Of a stretch of 29,721 nucleotides of DNA, positions 26,442 to 29,721 are shown piece by piece (position 1 is the stretch's first letter; each line of letters begins with the position of its first letter). Origin of the DNA: Deltaproteobacteria bacterium (GTDB lineage Bacteria; SAR324; NAC60-12); NCBI GenBank assembly GCA_038150265.1, contig JAYOTF010000040.1:1-29721 (forward strand), given 5' to 3'. Under the pieces are notes generated by a model. It saw only the letters and a list, made by a program, of their open reading frames with translations. It was not told the DNA's origin and ran no database searches. The position numbers and the translations under genes are program-made.

Positions 26442-27488
26442 TTAGAGGGCCTGAGCCGAAAGCAGCACCGAGGCCGGAAGCCCCTGTGGGCTCATCGCCT
26501 CAGGAATGGGAGTGTAGAGCGGATGCGGCACTCCGTGTGCGAAGCAGACGGCTTCCGGATCCGCGAGGATGGTTTCATCGCCAAAGGCCAACTCGATCTT
26601 GGCCCGACGCTCGGTCACCTCCAGGGGCTCAAACCCGATCTTGATGACCTCGCCTTCGAGGCGGGCCAGGAAGAACTGCGGGTCCTTGTCCAGCGAAAGG
26701 GCCTGAGGCGCCTCCGGAAGGAGGAGGCGTTCCTCCTGAGCCATCTCGAGGTCCACCCGCGTCACCTGCTGCATGTGCTCATCCCCAAGGACCAGAAAGC
26801 GATCATCGCCGGAAAAGACGAGGAATCGGGGTGCCTGGTCCAGTGGAAGCGCATAGCGCAGGGTTCCGGAGGGCAACTCGTAGACCCGTAGCGGGTCCGG
26901 CGCCTCTGAGACCAGCACCGCCAGCAGCGAGGCCTCGTTGTTGAGGGCAAAGTTGAGAACGGGGAGCCCGATGTTCAGGGTGAACCGTTCCTGCCCAGAG
27001 AGGTCGAAGGCGACAATGTGCCGAGACGCTTCCTGGTACCGGAGGCGCAGCTCCGTCCGGACCCGGTTGGGGTCCTGCGAGGTGAGCTTTCCGGTGTACG
27101 TGAGTTGGACATCGGCGGCCCCCTGGTTTTCCCAATAGAGGCAGTAGATGTCCTTGCGGGGCGGCTGGACGGTGCCCTGACCGGTTTGGGCGTCTGGCAG
27201 GCGGGTGCTGTAGCCCACCTCCTGCCCAAGGTGGTAGTGGACGTCAAAGTACACCGGCCCGGACGCCTGAAACTGGTAATCCAGTTGCTGGTCCGGATGA
27301 ACCGTGAAGCAGTTCTCTGCTCCCTGGCCCGCCTGCAGTTGATGCACGCCTGCCTGCTCCGGCCTCATGTCCTGCTTGGGGTCTGCAGGCCCAGCCGTCC
27401 AGGCCAACACGACCCCCACCGCCCCGGCGATCAACAGTCCTACCGCTTGAAGCATTTTCCCCCGTGGCTCACGAGATGGTTGCGTCAT
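26442..27488 (-). CDS. Uncharacterised exported protein: Cys/His-containing beta-sandwich-like domain plus partial beta-propeller
   Basis: N-terminal hydrophobic helix; ENCF...VYFDVHYH...YCLYWEN; propeller-like blades (FALNNEASLLAV, LVFSGDDRFLVL); C-terminal CFAHGVPHP. Confidence 0.75.
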   Translation of the reverse strand: MTQPSREPRGKMLQAVGLLIAGAVGVVLAWTAGPADPKQDMRPEQAGVHQLQAGQGAENCFTVHPDQQLDYQFQASGPVYFDVHYHLGQEVGYSTRLPDAQTGQGTVQPPRKDIYCLYWENQGAADVQLTYTGKLTSQDPNRVRTELRLRYQEASRHIVAFDLSGQERFTLNIGLPVLNFALNNEASLLAVLVSEAPDPLRVYELPSGTLRYALPLDQAPRFLVFSGDDRFLVLGDEHMQQVTRVDLEMAQEERLLLPEAPQALSLDKDPQFFLARLEGEVIKIGFEPLEVTERRAKIELAFGDETILADPEAVCFAHGVPHPLYTPIPEAMSPQGLPASVLLSAQAL

Positions 27489-27490
27489 GG

Positions 27491-28027
27491 CTAGTTCTTC
27501 ATGGAACCGCCCCCATGATGCATTTGGTGCATCTGGTCATGATCCATGGGGGTGGCGTTCATCATCACCGGAACCTGCACCGTGATTTCCGGGGCATGGC
27601 GGAAGCGCAGGGTGACCGGGTAGGTCTCTCCGGGCTGCGGTGCCTGCTTGAGCTTCATGAACATCACATGAAAGCCACCGGGTTTGAGCTCCGCCATCCC
27701 TTGAGCCGGGACCTCAATGGCGTCCACGGGGGCCATGTGCATCATGCCGTCCTTTTCGGTGACATTGTGGATTTCCGTCACTTCTGCCAGCGGAGAGCTG
27801 GCGGAGAGGAGGGCATCTGCCTGAGCCTCGTAGTTCATCAGGTGCATGTAGGCGGCACTGCTGGAGGCATTCGGCGGTGTGGCCCGGATCCAGGCCTCAT
27901 GGGCCTCCACGCCAGAGCCGTCCTGGGACTGGGCTCCTGCAGGAGGAATGAAGCCGAGGGTGAGGGCCACGAGCAGGGCCAGGGTCAGTTTGGAAAAATG
28001 AGTCATCATTGGAAATCTCAAAATCAT
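27491..28027 (-). CDS. Periplasmic copper chaperone PCu(A)C with Met/His-rich tail
   Basis: AWIRATPP, AAYMHL, EIH-x10-M...ELKPGGFHVMF (Hx10Mx21HxM Cu site), PVTLRF; tail MDHDQMHQMHH. True start may be 28009. Confidence 0.93.
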   Translation of the reverse strand: MILRFPMMTHFSKLTLALLVALTLGFIPPAGAQSQDGSGVEAHEAWIRATPPNASSSAAYMHLMNYEAQADALLSASSPLAEVTEIHNVTEKDGMMHMAPVDAIEVPAQGMAELKPGGFHVMFMKLKQAPQPGETYPVTLRFRHAPEITVQVPVMMNATPMDHDQMHQMHHGGGSMKN

Positions 28028-28032
28028 GAGGG

Positions 28033-28599
28033 TCAGAGGTCTTCCGCCAGGGTCGTGATGTCGTCCGCCATTTCCTCTGGCTCGGCATCCTGTCGGTACA
28101 GGCCCCGGAGTTCCCCCTCTCCATCGAGGAGGTAGACGTATCCGGAGTGGGCGACGAGGTAGCCGGCAGCGGTTTCGGTGCGGGTGTCCTTGGCAAAGAA
28201 GGCGCCGTATTGTCGGGCGACGGCCTTGAGTTCGTCGAGCGAGCCCGTCAGGCCGATGAAGCGAGGATGAAAGTAGGTCACGTATCCCTGCAGCTGTTCG
28301 GGGGTGTCGCGCTCGGGATCAACCGAAATGAAGAGGGGCTGCACCTGAGCCTCCACGTCCGGATCCAGCTCCTTGAGGGCCTGCTGCACCCGCACCATGG
28401 TGGTGGGGCAGATGTCCGGACACGCGGTGTACCCAAAGAAGAGGATCACCACCTGTCCCCGGAACTCGCTGAGCGAGACCGGACGGTCCAGAGAACTGGG
28501 GAGAGTGAAGTCTCCTCCCATGCTCCCGTATTCCTTCAGTTCAGCCTGAGCCGAGCTGGTCAGAAACAGGAATGCCAGCATGACGATGAATGTACGCAT
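28033..28599 (-). CDS. SCO1/SenC-family copper chaperone
   Basis: Signal peptide; GGDFTL, FFGYTACPDICP (CxxxC), FISVDPERDTP, GLTGS, YLVAHS (Cu-ligand His). Confidence 0.95.
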   Translation of the reverse strand: MRTFIVMLAFLFLTSSAQAELKEYGSMGGDFTLPSSLDRPVSLSEFRGQVVILFFGYTACPDICPTTMVRVQQALKELDPDVEAQVQPLFISVDPERDTPEQLQGYVTYFHPRFIGLTGSLDELKAVARQYGAFFAKDTRTETAAGYLVAHSGYVYLLDGEGELRGLYRQDAEPEEMADDITTLAEDL

Positions 28600-28601
28600 G
28601 A

Positions 28602-28671
28602 AACCCTCGTCGAGTCAGAGTGGTCCGGAGGCTTCTCCGGAAATCAGGATGATACGCAACAGAAGAGGGTC
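28602..28671 (-). promoter_or_regulatory. Predicted SD-sequestering mRNA structure between the leader ORF and SCO
   Basis: mRNA GACCCUCUUC (28671-28662, overlapping the leader stop) can pair 9/10 with GACGAGGGUU (28611-28602, SCO RBS); it encloses a perfect hairpin UCCGGAG-AAGC-CUCCGGA (28641-28624). Confidence 0.55.
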
Positions 28672-29023
28672 AGGCGGGGGGACCTCGGGAAGGAGGAATG
28701 GCAAAGAAGGAAGTGAGAAACGGGACGGCCTGAGGCGGCTGGGTGAGCCAGGCTCTGGCGTCTGGTAGGCGCAGGGTCAGGGCATGAGGGAGCAGGGAGC
28801 ACCCAGCAGAGTGGCCCTGGTGCAGGAGCACGCATTCGGTGTCTTGCTCCACCTGCTGCTGGTGAGACTGGTGGTGCGACTCGGCGTTGGCATGACGATG
28901 GGTGTGTGCGCCCGAGGCTCCAATCGGAAGGTGGTGGACCCAGTGAGGGGGCAAGGCCGCAGTCCAGTGCAGCAGCGCGACAATCAGCAGCTGGGCAACA
29001 GAGGAAATGCGAGGTGGGAGCAT
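28670..29023 (-). CDS. DUF2946-like His-rich exported leader protein ending in RGPP (candidate arrest peptide)
   Basis: N-terminal hydrophobic segment, His-rich middle, ECVLLH, Pro-rich linker, C-terminal PPSRGPPA-stop; 70 nt upstream of SCO. Confidence 0.7.
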   Translation of the reverse strand: MLPPRISSVAQLLIVALLHWTAALPPHWVHHLPIGASGAHTHRHANAESHHQSHQQQVEQDTECVLLHQGHSAGCSLLPHALTLRLPDARAWLTQPPQAVPFLTSFFAIPPSRGPPA

Positions 29024-29149
29024 GCCGGCTCAGACGGAGTGGATCAGCAAAAACGGTCCCCCACTCTATCGGAGCCACCGGCAACCCGCAAGCAAAGAGC
29101 CTTGCCCGGAGAGTGTCCCAGGCGGCTCTGTGCTGCCTCTCAGCCTGGG

Positions 29150-29377
29150 TCAGGAGTACTCGATGAACAGCTCTTCCGGAAGCTCAGACCAACGCGAGTG
29201 CACGTTCACTTTCCTGGGGCCGCCGTCTGCCGGGTCCATCTGAACCCGCTCGATGTTCCCTCCACGGTTCAGGTACTCCTGCACTGCAGCGTCGACTTCT
29301 TCTTGCCGAACCTCCGGAACCTTGGTTCCAGAAAAAACGACAGGGCGTTGATTGAAGGTGGTTGCGTACTTTCTCAT
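29150..29377 (-). CDS. Small protein (75 aa) with a SutA-like RNA-polymerase-binding motif
   Basis: ATG at 29377 after AAGGA; EEVDAAVQEYLNRGGNIERV resembles the Pseudomonas SutA core (AMEEFLxRGGKVQEI). Confidence 0.6.
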   Translation of the reverse strand: MRKYATTFNQRPVVFSGTKVPEVRQEEVDAAVQEYLNRGGNIERVQMDPADGGPRKVNVHSRWSELPEELFIEYS

Positions 29378-29721
29378 GAGAAATCCTTGCTCCAGAATAA
29401 GACCTCGCTGTTGACCTCCATGGCTCTCTTGAAGGAGCCCCTCTCGGCGGTCTGACCCAGCGGATCGGTCATCAAAATAACGGTTTCGTGCTCCCGCCTG
29501 GGGAAGCTTTTGTGAGGAGGCGGTTGTGCCTCCATGGCGCACGGCGCAAACACAGCCTAGGGGCTCCCGGGGTACAAGAACAAATGAGATTGCGGTCGAT
29601 TTTGGAGCGTATTTTTCTAAGTTTCAGTTTTTGATGGATTTATTTTGGATGTGTGATTGCGGTCGAGGTTGGTTCGGGATTTAAAGCCCCACGGTTTGTA
29701 CCAAAAAAAAACCGGCACGCA

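Noticed and set aside
29046..29062. Minus-strand GG-N10-GC (GGGGACCGTTTTTGCT) as a sigma54 promoter for the copper leader
   Set aside because: Poor -24 match, would leave only about 12 nt of leader, and no activator sites seen; not supportable.
28644..29084. Alternative 146-aa Cys-rich ORF overlapping the leader
   Set aside because: The 28670-29023 frame has a coherent signal/His-rich/RGPP architecture; this frame looks like random high-GC translation.

Overview
High-GC (roughly 64%) bacterial chromosomal segment with no rRNA, tRNA, CRISPR or mobile element that I can see. The gene style suggests a delta-proteobacteria-like, possibly SAR324-type marine organism (weak inference). Left to right: 3' end of a gene with a repeated Arg/Glu-rich helical tail; a small ORF-MsrQ-like heme b protein-diheme cytochrome c module; a cobalamin cluster (cobD-cobU-cbiX-cobH-cobL); a DtxR-family regulator with Fe3+-type ABC permease and ATPase but no binding protein; yfgM-like-rpoZ-large membrane protein; gcvP-hisC-small membrane protein; an AcoR-type sigma54 activator with visible palindromic upstream sites and a -24/-12 promoter driving a PQQ/sorbosone-type dehydrogenase plus a split acetoin-dehydrogenase-like system (E1a, E1b, free lipoyl domain, AcoX, stand-alone AcoC-type hydrolase, no E3); and a minus-strand copper-chaperone operon (SCO, PCuAC, uncharacterised protein, SDR). 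Best leads: (1) a His-rich secreted leader ORF ending in RGPP whose stop codon overlaps an anti-Shine-Dalgarno able to pair with the SCO ribosome-binding site, a candidate ribosome-arrest metal switch; (2) strong window-wide over-representation of the palindrome TCCGGA; (3) the split aco-like complex; (4) a SutA-like small protein.
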